From contig JBHLOG010000003.1 of the NCBI GenBank assembly GCA_048940765.1, forward strand, positions 456-64,455: a stretch of DNA of 64,000 nt. Direction: 5' to 3'. The notes below the pieces were generated by a model. That model was not told the origin of the DNA, did no database searches, and worked only from the letters and a program-made list of their open reading frames with translations. A program made the translations under genes and the position numbers. The stretch is from Promethearchaeota archaeon. Lineage in GTDB: Archaea; Asgardarchaeota; Lokiarchaeia; Sigyniarchaeales; SOKP01. Positions 1 through 10,065 of the stretch are shown here, piece by piece (within the stretch, counting starts at the first letter, position 1; the number at the start of each line of letters is the position of its first letter).

Positions 1-97
1 AGTTAACTCTCTCCCTACATGATCATATCAGAATATATTTGTTTCCTTTTTTCCTTTTTTCTAACTCTATAACTTAATTATTAAATTACTAAAAAAG

Positions 98-1051
98 TTA
101 TTTAAATGAGTAATGGTCTGGTTCGGGATGTACTTTATTGACTAAATTAAGGTCAAAAATATCTTTTTGTTTAAAATTCTTTTTTGTGTATCCTAAATTA
201 TGAAGAGTCTTTATGAATTTCATAGTTGCTTGTATATAACCGTCCGAGAGGGCTATGCAGTATTTTGGAGATATTTTTAAAACTGCCTCCACATAATTTT
301 TATCAATTATTTCAAATGATTTTGATATTTTCTCTGCTGCTATAGATGGTGAATCTCTGAGTAAATAAGACGCATTTTTATGGTGAATCAGAAATTTTAA
401 TACTAATTCAATGTTGTTTTGAATAAGCTTTTTATGGACAAATATTCCATAACTCGGATTATTTGGCCATAATTCCTTTGCTTCAATGATTAAATGAGAC
501 TCTAAAATTGTTGATGTGAAAACAGCTAAAGCAGGAGTTCCAACACCTGCTTCCAAAGAACCATCTCTCATATCCATAGCAATAAATTCTGCTTGTTCGT
601 AGTTTTTAATCATAATTTCCTCTAATAAATTGAATCTTTTTAAATAATAATTTAATATGACATCATGAATAGAACCTTTACTTGGAACACCTATAGTTTT
701 TCCTTTGAATTGAGAAAAGACCCTATTTAAATCATTATCTAATTGCTCTTGTGTTTTATATCCTCTTTTTGCAACTACAATTGTTCCTTCAACATGCCCT
801 CCGGCTATGCATATGATTGGGATTTTTTGAGCAATTCCTATAATGGCAGGAGGTAATCCCATATACCCTATATCTAATTTTCCTTCTTTAAATGCCTTAA
901 CCATAGTGGGTCCAGTTCCAAATAGAACCCAATTTATATCTACTTTTAAATCATTAGCTAAATCGTCATTTTCCATTAATATATAATTAGTATGATATGC
1001 AGTTGAAAGGTGCCCAATCGTTAATTTATCTTTTCTAATTAAAATCACCAT
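98..1051 (-). CDS. SsuA/TauA/NMT1-family ABC-type substrate-binding protein
   Basis: 317 aa ORF; F-x-TGP...GKLDIGYMGLPPA, GKTIGVPSKGSIHD and WPNNP motifs typical of sulfonate/nitrate-type periplasmic binding folds. Confidence 0.75.
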   Translation of the reverse strand: MVILIRKDKLTIGHLSTAYHTNYILMENDDLANDLKVDINWVLFGTGPTMVKAFKEGKLDIGYMGLPPAIIGIAQKIPIICIAGGHVEGTIVVAKRGYKTQEQLDNDLNRVFSQFKGKTIGVPSKGSIHDVILNYYLKRFNLLEEIMIKNYEQAEFIAMDMRDGSLEAGVGTPALAVFTSTILESHLIIEAKELWPNNPSYGIFVHKKLIQNNIELVLKFLIHHKNASYLLRDSPSIAAEKISKSFEIIDKNYVEAVLKISPKYCIALSDGYIQATMKFIKTLHNLGYTKKNFKQKDIFDLNLVNKVHPEPDHYSFK

Positions 1052-1067
1052 TTTGTTTCTAATTTAC

Positions 1068-1080
1068 TGCAAAAATTGCA
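1068..1080. promoter_or_regulatory. Candidate sulfur-regulon operator TGCAAAAATTGCA (copy 1)
   Basis: Imperfect 13-bp palindrome between divergent genes; identical copy at 4542-4554 and one-mismatch copy at 1494-1506. Confidence 0.6.
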
Positions 1081-1181
1081 TTAATCTTTAATTTTTATAA
1101 TACTAATAAATAAATGATATATATTTATTGAAATATTAGATATTTAGTTGAATTGAAATCAAAATAAGTAAGAATTTTACT

Positions 1182-1469
1182 GTGATAAATATAAAAGTTT
1201 TCTTCCTTTCATTATTGGCAGATAAATTTGGTAAAGAAGAATTAATTTTTAACCTTGACCATGTTATTACATTAAATGATTTGTTAAATGAATTAAATTC
1301 TAAACTTGGAAGAGAATTTAAAGAAACTATTATTGTCTCGGAAGGTAAATTAAATAAATACATCATTTTAGGGTTAAATGGAAAAAGTATTGATATATTT
1401 GATGGTTTGGACACATTAATAAAAGATGGAGATGAACTTTCTTTTCTACCAGCTATCGCTGGAGGGTAA
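1182..1469 (+). CDS. MoaD/ThiS/SAMP ubiquitin-like sulfur carrier
   Basis: 95 aa beta-grasp pattern ending LKDGDELSFLPAIAGG-like with C-terminal di-glycine. Confidence 0.9.
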   Translation: MINIKVFFLSLLADKFGKEELIFNLDHVITLNDLLNELNSKLGREFKETIIVSEGKLNKYIILGLNGKSIDIFDGLDTLIKDGDELSFLPAIAGG

Positions 1470-1493
1470 TGGAAATTCCCTTTTAAAAATTGA

Positions 1494-1506
1494 TGAAAAA
1501 ATTGCA
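1494..1506. promoter_or_regulatory. Candidate sulfur-regulon operator TGAAAAAATTGCA (copy 2)
   Basis: One mismatch to TGCAAAAATTGCA; lies upstream of cysE. Confidence 0.45.
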
Positions 1507-1569
1507 ATTAATTTTTTAATCTAATAAACTTTTTTCCATTTAACAAAATATCTGTAAAATCAATAGACA

Positions 1570-2409
1570 ATGAAAGAATTTTTAAATTGTTTAAATTGCG
1601 GTAAACTTTTGGGAGATAAAGAGAGAAATCAGTATAATTTTTGCGCTGAATGTCTTTTAAAGTTAGATTTTAGTTTAGAACAGTTAAATCATGAAGAGAT
1701 AGATTATAACTTACAAAGAATTTTAAATTTCTTTGTATCTGATGTTAGTGTTGCTTTTAATAAAGATCCAGCCGCTCAATCCCTCTTAGAAGTTTTAACA
1801 AGTTATCCAGGAGTTAAAGCCATCTTATTGCATCGTATTGCTCATTTTTTCTGGAAAATTGAAATGCCATTTGTGCCGAGATATCTTTCAGAAATTACTA
1901 GGGAACTTACAGGAATAGAGATTCATCCTGGTGCCGATATCGGGAAGGATTTTTTTATTGATCATGGAGGTGGGGTTGTTATTGGAGAAACAGCAAAGAT
2001 TGGTGATAATGTTACAATCTATCAGGGAGTTACCTTAGGAGGAACAATGACTGATCCAGTTAAAAGGCATCCAACTCTAGGAAATAATGTCGTTGTCGGT
2101 ACGGGAGCAAAATTATTAGGCCCTATAACCATTGGAGATAATGTAAAAATTGGAGCAAACTCTGTAGTTATTACTGATGTACCTTCGAATTCGGTAGTGG
2201 TTGGCGTCCCAGGAAAAATTATATCGCAAGAAGGAAAAGCGATTAAAAAAATAGATTTATCTCATGGAGATTTACCTGATCCATTAGTAATTACTCTCTC
2301 TTCGATAAATCGAAGAATTGCCTATCTTGAAAAACAGTTAAATATTAAATCTGATAGCAAAGAAGATGATATTGAAATATATTATGGTTTAGAAGGAGGA
2401 GGTATTTAG
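1570..2409 (+). CDS. cysE: Serine O-acetyltransferase with N-terminal CxxC...CxxC extension
   Basis: [40 protein letters not shown] hexapeptide-repeat motifs. Confidence 0.93.
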   Translation: MKEFLNCLNCGKLLGDKERNQYNFCAECLLKLDFSLEQLNHEEIDYNLQRILNFFVSDVSVAFNKDPAAQSLLEVLTSYPGVKAILLHRIAHFFWKIEMPFVPRYLSEITRELTGIEIHPGADIGKDFFIDHGGGVVIGETAKIGDNVTIYQGVTLGGTMTDPVKRHPTLGNNVVVGTGAKLLGPITIGDNVKIGANSVVITDVPSNSVVVGVPGKIISQEGKAIKKIDLSHGDLPDPLVITLSSINRRIAYLEKQLNIKSDSKEDDIEIYYGLEGGGI

Positions 2410-2443
2410 ATAAATCAACTCACATTTAGGGAGGTAAAAAAAT

Positions 2444-3373
2444 TTGGGAAAAATATATAATAATATTATTGAAACAATTGGAAATACACCATTAGTAAAA
2501 CTTAATAGAATCACTGAAGGTATTGACCCAAATATCTTTGTAAAAATTGAAGCTTTTAATCCTGGTGCAAGTGTAAAGGATCGAATTTGTATATCTATGA
2601 TTGAAGTAGCTGAAAAAGAGGGAATTATTGATAAAAACTCAACTATCGTTGAACCTACTTCAGGAAATACAGGTATTGGTTTAGCATTAGTTTGTGCTGC
2701 AAAAGGCTATAAATTAATTCTAACAATGCCAGAGAGTATGTCCGTTGAAAGAAGAAAAATCTTGAAGGCATTTGGTGCGGAGTTAATTTTAACTCCCGCA
2801 GAGAAAGGTATGAGAGGAACTATTGAAAAAGCAGAAGAATTAGCTAAGGAGGATGATAAAATATTCATTCCTCAACAATTCAAAAACCAAGCAAATCCGG
2901 AAATTCATCGTAAAACAACTGCGGAAGAAATTATAAATGATTTAGATGGTAAAATTGATGGTTTTGTTGCAGGAGTTGGAACTGGAGGTACTATAACAGG
3001 TGTTGGAGAAATTCTTAAAAAGAAAGTAGGAGATCATGTAAAAATATATGCTATAGAGCCAGTTCAATCTGCAGTTTTGTCAGGTGGAAGTCCAGGTCCA
3101 CATAAAATACAAGGTATAGGAGCTGGCTTTGTGCCAGATGTATTAAACACAAACATTTATGATGAAATAATTCAAGTTAAATATGAAGATGCAGTAGAAA
3201 CCTCAAGAAAATTAGCTAAACTTGAAGGAATTTTTGTAGGAATTTCTGCAGGAGCAGCTACGTGGGCAAGTATCTATAAAGTATCGAGATATTTTCAAAA
3301 AGGAAATAATATAGTAGTAATTTTACCAGATACAGGTGAACGCTATTTATCGACAGAGCTTTTTGAGGATTAA
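2444..3373 (+). CDS. cysK: Cysteine synthase A (O-acetylserine sulfhydrylase)
   Basis: NPGASVKDR (PLP Lys), EPTSGNTG, GVGTGGT, HKIQGIGAG, PDTGERYLS; SD GGAGGT upstream of TTG. Confidence 0.95.
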   Translation: MGKIYNNIIETIGNTPLVKLNRITEGIDPNIFVKIEAFNPGASVKDRICISMIEVAEKEGIIDKNSTIVEPTSGNTGIGLALVCAAKGYKLILTMPESMSVERRKILKAFGAELILTPAEKGMRGTIEKAEELAKEDDKIFIPQQFKNQANPEIHRKTTAEEIINDLDGKIDGFVAGVGTGGTITGVGEILKKKVGDHVKIYAIEPVQSAVLSGGSPGPHKIQGIGAGFVPDVLNTNIYDEIIQVKYEDAVETSRKLAKLEGIFVGISAGAATWASIYKVSRYFQKGNNIVVILPDTGERYLSTELFED

Positions 3374-3413
3374 TCTTATCTAATTCACTTCAATTTACAA
3401 TATTTTTCAAAAT

Positions 3414-3683
3414 TTATAGCTTTTTTAATACCAATTCATAGATTCCTTTTATTTTATCTTTTTCTCTTATCTCTATTAGCTCCGCTAACTCTTGTCTTTT
3501 ACAATTTTCAGGAATGTTCTTAGTAGCAGAAGGAAAATCCAATTCAACTTCTAATATATCTCCTTTATTTAGTTCTTCAAGTGCTAATTTTGTATAGACA
3601 AAATTCATAGGGCACATATTACCTTTAATATCAATTTTTTTTATTTTCAATTGATTATACTTGTTTATGTTTTCTATTGACAT
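3414..3683 (-). CDS. tusA: TusA/SirA-family sulfurtransferase
   Basis: DIKGNMCPMNFVY motif (CP persulfide Cys), 89 aa. Confidence 0.85.
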   Translation of the reverse strand: MSIENINKYNQLKIKKIDIKGNMCPMNFVYTKLALEELNKGDILEVELDFPSATKNIPENCKRQELAELIEIREKDKIKGIYELVLKKL

Positions 3684-4480
3684 ACATCATCAATCCTATA
3701 ATTGTAAGTTTCAACTAAATCTTCAGGATTTATCCCACATGCGATACAATTTTCATCTCTATAAATATCAATAAAATTAAAGGCATTGCGTAGAAGATCT
3801 ACATATAAAATCTTATTTGTTATTAAATCTCCTACATCTAAGATACTTTTAATTGCTTCATTAGCTTCTATACAACCAAGAATCCCTGGAATTAATCCTA
3901 TAACTCCTGCTTCAGAACATGACATTCCAGTAGGAGTATCAGTGATATTACCAAAAAGGCATCTATAACAAGCAGTTTTTGCTTCTGGAACTACAGTTAT
4001 TATTTGACCATGAAATCTTAGCACCCCTGCTATTGTAAATGGGATCTTTAAATTAACACATACATCATTAACTAACATTTTAGTAGGAAAATTATCGGAT
4101 CCTTCTATAACAAAGTCAGAGTCTTTAATAATTTCTTTAGCATTTTTTGGCGTGATTTTATCGAAAATAGCTTCGATATAGCAATCTGGGTTTAAAAGAT
4201 TAAGTTTTTCAATAGCACTCTCCGTTTTTTTCTTATTAATATCTTTTGTGTAATGAAGAATTTGTCTATGTAAATTAGATGGTTCAACTAAATCATAATC
4301 AACAACTCTTAGATTACCAATTCCCGCACCTACTAGATAATAAGCAGATGGTGATCCAAGAGCTCCTAGGCCAATTAACGTTATCTTTGCTTTTAATAAT
4401 TTTTTTTGACCTATGCCACCAACCTCCTTAAGGACAATTTGACGAGAATATCTTTTAATCTGTTCTTCTGTTAAATTCAT
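3674..4480 (-). CDS. MoeB/ThiF/UbaA E1-like adenylyltransferase
   Basis: RYSRQ, GLGALGS, SNLHRQ, CYRC, C-x-EAGVIG and C-terminal CIAC zinc site. Confidence 0.92.
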   Translation of the reverse strand: MNLTEEQIKRYSRQIVLKEVGGIGQKKLLKAKITLIGLGALGSPSAYYLVGAGIGNLRVVDYDLVEPSNLHRQILHYTKDINKKKTESAIEKLNLLNPDCYIEAIFDKITPKNAKEIIKDSDFVIEGSDNFPTKMLVNDVCVNLKIPFTIAGVLRFHGQIITVVPEAKTACYRCLFGNITDTPTGMSCSEAGVIGLIPGILGCIEANEAIKSILDVGDLITNKILYVDLLRNAFNFIDIYRDENCIACGINPEDLVETYNYRIDDVCQ

Positions 4481-4541
4481 CTTCTTCTATTCGTATAATA
4501 AAGCCTAAGATATTAAAATTTTAAACTTATATAAAATAAAA

Positions 4542-4554
4542 TGCAAAAATTGCA
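4542..4554. promoter_or_regulatory. Candidate sulfur-regulon operator TGCAAAAATTGCA (copy 3)
   Basis: Extends to AAATGCAAAAATTGCATTT; just upstream of a TATA-like TTTATATA on the minus strand before moeB-tusA. Confidence 0.6.
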
Positions 4555-4850
4555 TTTAGATATTTAAAGGACTGTAGCTAATTTAATCAAAAGGAACATA
4601 ATTCAATCATATATTGGATTTCGCAACCGATTAATTTAAAAGTTTAATCCTCCCTCCTTTTTTATATTATTAGATTGAAAAATTCTTCCTTTTCTTCTTT
4701 TTCTTAAAATTTTTTAAGAATATTCTTATTTATCATATGAAATTATAAAAAAAAAGATTTGACGCAATCTTTTAAGTAGAATAAAAGAAATTTAAAGGTG
4801 TTTAGCTAATGTTTAATTAATTCAAAATTAATTTTTTCGAGTAGATAAAT

Positions 4851-5588
4851 ATGGAAAAAAAATATCAATTTATTAAAATTGAAAGAAAAGGTAAAATCAG
4901 TATAATTAGGTTTAATCGCCCTGAAAAGAAAAATGCTTTAAGTGAAGCCATGAGAAGAGAAATAATTGATGCTTTAAAATCTCTTAAAGAAGAACAAAGG
5001 ATTAAAGCTGTAATTATTTATGGAGGAGAAGAGTTTTTTTCAGCAGGGTTTGATAGGGATGAGGTCCAAGCAATAGTACAAGGAAAAGGAGATTATCAGC
5101 AATTTATCGATTCCAATCATCTTTTTCATCAAACAATATTTGAGTTTCCTAAATTATTAATTGCTGCTGTGAATGGATATGCTCTTGCAGGTGCTTTTGA
5201 CCTTGCTGTTATTTGCCACCTTCGTGTTGCTTCAAAGAATTCGCTTTTTGGTCATCCCGAGATAAGGTTTGGTGCATGTCCTTTGTTTTTTCCCTATATG
5301 ACGCTTGTAGGGCGTGGGAAAGCACTAGAAATTGCTTTGAATACAGGAACCAAGGAAACTTTCCTTACTGCTGAGGAAGCATTTCGGCTTAATATTATAA
5401 ATAAGTTAACTGAGAAAGGAGAAGTTTTGAATGAGGCTATCATTTTAGCAAAACAGATTATTCAATCTCCTGATTATGTAGTAAAACAATTAATACAAGT
5501 AAATAGTATATTTTTCAATCAAGTTAATGCTTTTGATGCTGAAATAGATAGCATTGTTAAAAGTATGAGTACATTTTTGGGGATTTAA
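4851..5588 (+). CDS. Enoyl-CoA hydratase/isomerase family
   Basis: NRPEKKNAL, FSAGFD, IAAVNGYALAG, FGHPEIRFG crotonase motifs. Confidence 0.9.
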   Translation: MEKKYQFIKIERKGKISIIRFNRPEKKNALSEAMRREIIDALKSLKEEQRIKAVIIYGGEEFFSAGFDRDEVQAIVQGKGDYQQFIDSNHLFHQTIFEFPKLLIAAVNGYALAGAFDLAVICHLRVASKNSLFGHPEIRFGACPLFFPYMTLVGRGKALEIALNTGTKETFLTAEEAFRLNIINKLTEKGEVLNEAIILAKQIIQSPDYVVKQLIQVNSIFFNQVNAFDAEIDSIVKSMSTFLGI

Positions 5589-5651
5589 TTACTTTTTTTA
5601 TTTTATTTTTATTAATAAATATAAATATAATTTTTTTGAGATGAAGATTTT

Positions 5652-6629
5652 ATTAGAGCTGCTGTTTTTGAAGATATTAAAAAAATTGTTTATAGAGAAG
5701 ATTATCCAAGACCTATTCTTGGTCCAGATGAGGTATTAATTAAGGTTCATTACTGTGGAATATGTGGAACTGATATAGGTAATTTTAAATATCAGATCTA
5801 TCAAGTTCCTTTAATAATGGGACATGAGATATCCGGTGAAGTAGTTGAAATAGGTAAGAACATTACTAACATGAGTATCGGAGAGAAAGTAATTGCTATA
5901 AACGTTTTAACATATGTTACAGGGCAATTAAAAGGATTAGGTATATTTGAAGATGGAGGTTTTGCTGAATATGTAAAGGTAAGCAAGAATAATATATTTT
6001 TTCCACCTAAATCAATTTCAATTAAAGAAGCCGCTATGATTGAAACCTTTGCTAATATAATGAGAGCCTTAAAATTTTTGAGTATCCAAAATAATCAGAA
6101 AATCATAATTATTGGAGGAGGAAGTATCGGATTAGCTTTCTTAGTAACTTTAATTAGTGAAAAAGACCCTGAATATATAGTTTTAATAGAACCTCATGAA
6201 TTTCTAAGGAAAAAAGCTTTAGAATTTGGCGCTTCGAAAACTTTTCCTCCCCGCAAAGCTAAACTACGAAAATTTATGAAACAATATGGTCATCCTTCCT
6301 TAATTTTTGACTGTGTGGGAAGCGAGGAAACTTTAAAGATGGCAATTGATTTAATTCAAAGAGGAGGAACTATACTTTTGGAAGGGATTCAAAAAGGGAA
6401 AATAAACCTTCGTCCATTTGACTTTATAAACAAAGAAATTTGTCTAAAAGCTTGTTTAGGACATGATCGTGAAGATATTTTGGCAGCCATAGACTTATTC
6501 GCTAAAAATAAAATAGATGCTACAAAATTTATTTCAAAAGTTGTTCATTTAGAAGATTTACAAACAATTTTTGAAAGATTCCTTGAACCTACTGGGAGAG
6601 ATTTCATTAAGATTTTAGTAAAGTTATAA
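5652..6629 (+). CDS. Zinc-binding medium-chain alcohol dehydrogenase; probable ATT start upstream of the ORF-track start
   Basis: Frame upstream of 5817 reads (I/M)RAAVFEDIKK...EVLIKVHYCGICGTD then GHE; GGGSIG Rossmann motif; in-frame TGA at 5637 and no ATG/GTG/TTG before 5817. Confidence 0.85.
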   Translation: MRAAVFEDIKKIVYREDYPRPILGPDEVLIKVHYCGICGTDIGNFKYQIYQVPLIMGHEISGEVVEIGKNITNMSIGEKVIAINVLTYVTGQLKGLGIFEDGGFAEYVKVSKNNIFFPPKSISIKEAAMIETFANIMRALKFLSIQNNQKIIIIGGGSIGLAFLVTLISEKDPEYIVLIEPHEFLRKKALEFGASKTFPPRKAKLRKFMKQYGHPSLIFDCVGSEETLKMAIDLIQRGGTILLEGIQKGKINLRPFDFINKEICLKACLGHDREDILAAIDLFAKNKIDATKFISKVVHLEDLQTIFERFLEPTGRDFIKILVKL

Positions 6630-6753
6630 TACTATTTTTGCTTCAATTTATCTTTTTTTACATTTCTTAATATTTTAAAATAAAAGATCTAAATACTTTT
6701 ATTTTTAATAGGATTTTAAACTCATAATCATGTAGTAAAAAGGCTAAATATAA

Positions 6754-7710
6754 GTGTCATTTAAAGGAATAGAAGAAACTTTTAAAAGAATCGGTGTTGT
6801 TGTTAATAAAACTCCTGTAATGACTTCAAGGACTCTGAATTTACTCCTAAATACAGAAATCTATTTTAAATGTGAAAACTTTCAAAGAGTTGGTGCCTTT
6901 AAGTTTCGAGGAGCTTATAATTCATTGAGTTTACTTTCTGAAGAAGAAAAAAGACAAGGTGTAATTACTCACTCAAGTGGTAATCATGCTCAAGCTATTG
7001 CTTTAGCAGCATCATTATTAGGAATTCAAGCAACAATAATTATGCCCAAAGGAGCTCCTAAAACTAAAATCAATGCAACTAAAGGATATGGTGCTAAGAT
7101 AGTATTTTGTGATAATAATTTAGAATCTAGAATTCAAACTACAAAGGAATTAATTGAAAAAAATAAATTAATTCTTATTCATCCCTATGATAATGATAAT
7201 ATAATTAATGGTGCGGGAACAGCAGCTTATGAATTAATTAAAGAAATTGGCAAATTGGATATTATAATTGCTCCACTTGGAGGTGGTGGATTATTAAGTG
7301 GGACTGCTATTGCTACTAAAGAATTATGTCCAAATGCACAAATTATTGGAATAGAACCTTCTATAGCCGATGATGCTCTGAAATCTCTTAAAGCAGGCTA
7401 TATTATACCAAGTACATATCCAAATACAATTGCTGATGGTTTGCGTACCTCTCTCTGTGAAAAAACTTTTAATATTATTCGCAAATTTGTAAATCAAATA
7501 CTTACAGTAACTGAAATGGAAATAATTGAAGCAATGAGATTTTTATGGGAGCGTATGAAAATAATTGTTGAACCTTCTGGAGCAGTACCTTTGGCAGCTA
7601 TATTATCAAAAAAAGTAATAGCAGAGAATAAAAAGATTGGGGTAATCTTAAGTGGAGGTAATATCGATTTAGAACCTTTTTTTCAATTATTAGAAAAGAC
7701 CATTGTATGA
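6754..7710 (+). CDS. PLP-dependent threonine/serine dehydratase (serine racemase family)
   Basis: FKCENFQRVGAFKFRGA, SSGNHAQA, GGGGL, EPSGA, SGGN. Confidence 0.92.
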   Translation: MSFKGIEETFKRIGVVVNKTPVMTSRTLNLLLNTEIYFKCENFQRVGAFKFRGAYNSLSLLSEEEKRQGVITHSSGNHAQAIALAASLLGIQATIIMPKGAPKTKINATKGYGAKIVFCDNNLESRIQTTKELIEKNKLILIHPYDNDNIINGAGTAAYELIKEIGKLDIIIAPLGGGGLLSGTAIATKELCPNAQIIGIEPSIADDALKSLKAGYIIPSTYPNTIADGLRTSLCEKTFNIIRKFVNQILTVTEMEIIEAMRFLWERMKIIVEPSGAVPLAAILSKKVIAENKKIGVILSGGNIDLEPFFQLLEKTIV

Positions 7711-7713
7711 GTT

Positions 7714-8988
7714 ATGTTAGAATCATTAACTGAATTATTCAAAAACATAGAACTTTCTTGGATCGATTCCGCAGTAGATATTGATAGTTCTGATGAGTTT
7801 TTTGCTCTTCTAGCTATATTTCCAAACTTAGAGAGAATTTTTCAAGATGCTAAAGAGAAAAATAGAGATGAAATTCAAAGAACAATAAGACATATATTTA
7901 GATCGTATAAAATTTTCTTCTTAATAAAAAGTGGAAAATTTTATCATGAAACCCTTTCAAAAGAATCAATAATTAGAATCCAAGAGAAAGTTATAAATCA
8001 GCATGTTCAAAACGAATTAATCATTCCAATAATTTTAATGTATCATGATATTGGCAGATATATTGATAATAAAAAACATCCTTATCATAGTTATCAACTT
8101 ATTTCAAACTTGAGATTGCTTGAGTGTTTTGAGCTTTCAAGTATAGAAAAATTACTTGTCAGCAAATTAATTCAGTATCATTTGTTAATTGCAACTATAT
8201 ATACTGGTGAATCCACTTTTTATGGGATTTATTCATTATTGAATGATCCAGAATTTATTAGATTGATCTCAAGTAAAAATATTATCGATAGATTCATCGA
8301 TCTGTTAGAAACTTTTACCTATATTGATATTCTTGGTTATTATTACACCAAAATATTTGACCATTACATTAAGTTTTATGATGAAATTAGTTCAAAATTA
8401 AAGGTTATTTTAAATATTTGGCCGAATAAAGAATTAACATTAAAAAAAGCAAAAGAATATTCACAAGAATGGTTAGAATGGAGACTTGCTGGTGCCCTTA
8501 GAATATTCCAATTTGTTGAAACACAACCACATTTAACCAAAGAATTTTATTATAATAAATTAAAGAATAGTATAAAGGAAACTGATAATCAGTTACTTAA
8601 CGGACTTAATTGGGATTCAATAAGGAACCAATATTTGATCTATTCTTATAAAATACAATTGAGATATTCTTTAGCATTTTTAATGATACTCGCATTTGGG
8701 AGTTTTCAACGAATGGGATTAAAAATTAATACCGGTATTTCATACAAATTAATTTTATTTTGGACCCTACTTTTAAAGGAAATAGAATCAAGATCTAAAA
8801 AGAATCCTAAATCTCTATGGAATATTTTTTTAGAGGGAATGCCTCATTGGTCAAAAATAAATGAAGCTTTTATAGAAAAGTTGAGTAATAATAATCTTAA
8901 GGCTTTGATTCATAATTCCAAACAAGAATTCGATAAGGACAAGAAAGAATTTAATCTGTTTTTAGATTTTAGACATATAGTCAAATAA
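7714..8988 (+). CDS. Hypothetical protein with probable HD-superfamily domain
   Basis: H...YHDIG...HPYHS...YH...D spacing resembles HD metal-dependent phosphohydrolases. Confidence 0.5.
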   Translation: MLESLTELFKNIELSWIDSAVDIDSSDEFFALLAIFPNLERIFQDAKEKNRDEIQRTIRHIFRSYKIFFLIKSGKFYHETLSKESIIRIQEKVINQHVQNELIIPIILMYHDIGRYIDNKKHPYHSYQLISNLRLLECFELSSIEKLLVSKLIQYHLLIATIYTGESTFYGIYSLLNDPEFIRLISSKNIIDRFIDLLETFTYIDILGYYYTKIFDHYIKFYDEISSKLKVILNIWPNKELTLKKAKEYSQEWLEWRLAGALRIFQFVETQPHLTKEFYYNKLKNSIKETDNQLLNGLNWDSIRNQYLIYSYKIQLRYSLAFLMILAFGSFQRMGLKINTGISYKLILFWTLLLKEIESRSKKNPKSLWNIFLEGMPHWSKINEAFIEKLSNNNLKALIHNSKQEFDKDKKEFNLFLDFRHIVK

Positions 8989-9416
8989 ATATTGGGTTAA
9001 TCTGAAAAAAAAAAGAAAAATCTATTACTCCCTTTTTTTAAATGGTTATATAATTTCATATACATATATCCATATTATATAGGTTTTAAAACTATACCGG
9101 ATAACCTATATTTCAGTTATCAATATATTCATCGACTTTATGAAGGGAATCATATATTTCTCGGTAATCATTCTAGGGTTTCTATTGATATTAGTTAAAA
9201 AAAAGAAGATTTTATCTCCGTTTATATTAATATCATTTTTGTCAGACGAAATGAGGGAAAAATCTTTTGTATATAACCATAACACGAAAAAAATGTCAAA
9301 AGAATTAGCTTTTATTCTTAGGTTTATTGATAGATCCATAACTGCTTCCTTAATTAGGGATAATTTTCAATTAATATTATAGTTCTTAATTTAATTTTAT
9401 ATATGGTGTATCGTAA

Positions 9417-10025
9417 GTGAAACTGTTCAATTTTTTATCTCGATTAAAAAAAACAAAACAATTAGTACGTATGACAGTCGTAGGAGATGGAGCTGTCGGA
9501 AAGACGACATTGGTTCAAGCAATGCTCCGAAGAACATCAAATCATACCAAAAACACTTCTCTTGACTACCATTTAGATGATAAAAAAATTACTCGCACTC
9601 CCTTTATGGAGATTGAAACTTGGACATATGGAGATTTGCGATTTCAATGTTATGATTTAGCTGGGCAAAGAATTCCTGGAGGTCATCCTTTAGACCTTTT
9701 ACAAGAACAAGTGATACGTTCTATTGATATTTATATCTTTGTCTTCTCAATAGATAGATATAAATCATTTGAAAATCTTAATAATTGGATCCAGTTGATG
9801 GATCTACAGACAAAAAGTAGGAATGGTTCTAAAGGATTTATTTTAGTAGGAAATAAAATAGATTTAGAAAGAAATGTATCACATGAATTAATCAATACTA
9901 TGGTGGGGATTAATAAATATTTTCAAACTTATGTAGAAACATGTTCATTAGATGGAGAAGGTATTGATAGCTTATTAAATGAGATTGTGGGTATGGGTAA
10001 AAAACTCCTTAATGCACACGATTAA
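9417..10025 (+). CDS. Ras-superfamily (Rab/Arf/Roc-like) small GTPase
   Basis: G1 GDGAVGKTT, G2 T, G3 DLAGQ, G4 NKID, G5 TCS. Confidence 0.92.
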   Translation: MKLFNFLSRLKKTKQLVRMTVVGDGAVGKTTLVQAMLRRTSNHTKNTSLDYHLDDKKITRTPFMEIETWTYGDLRFQCYDLAGQRIPGGHPLDLLQEQVIRSIDIYIFVFSIDRYKSFENLNNWIQLMDLQTKSRNGSKGFILVGNKIDLERNVSHELINTMVGINKYFQTYVETCSLDGEGIDSLLNEIVGMGKKLLNAHD

Positions 10026-10065
10026 AGGAGTCATATAATTAAATTAAACCGTCATCTTTAAAATT

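Noticed and set aside
4590-4665. Possible small RNA ending in a pyrimidine tract between moeB and the crotonase gene
   Set aside because: No convincing helix or known RNA motif could be identified by eye
9106-9382. Two overlapping short ORFs upstream of the GTPase
   Set aside because: AT-rich, mutually antisense and without recognisable motifs; more likely promoter DNA
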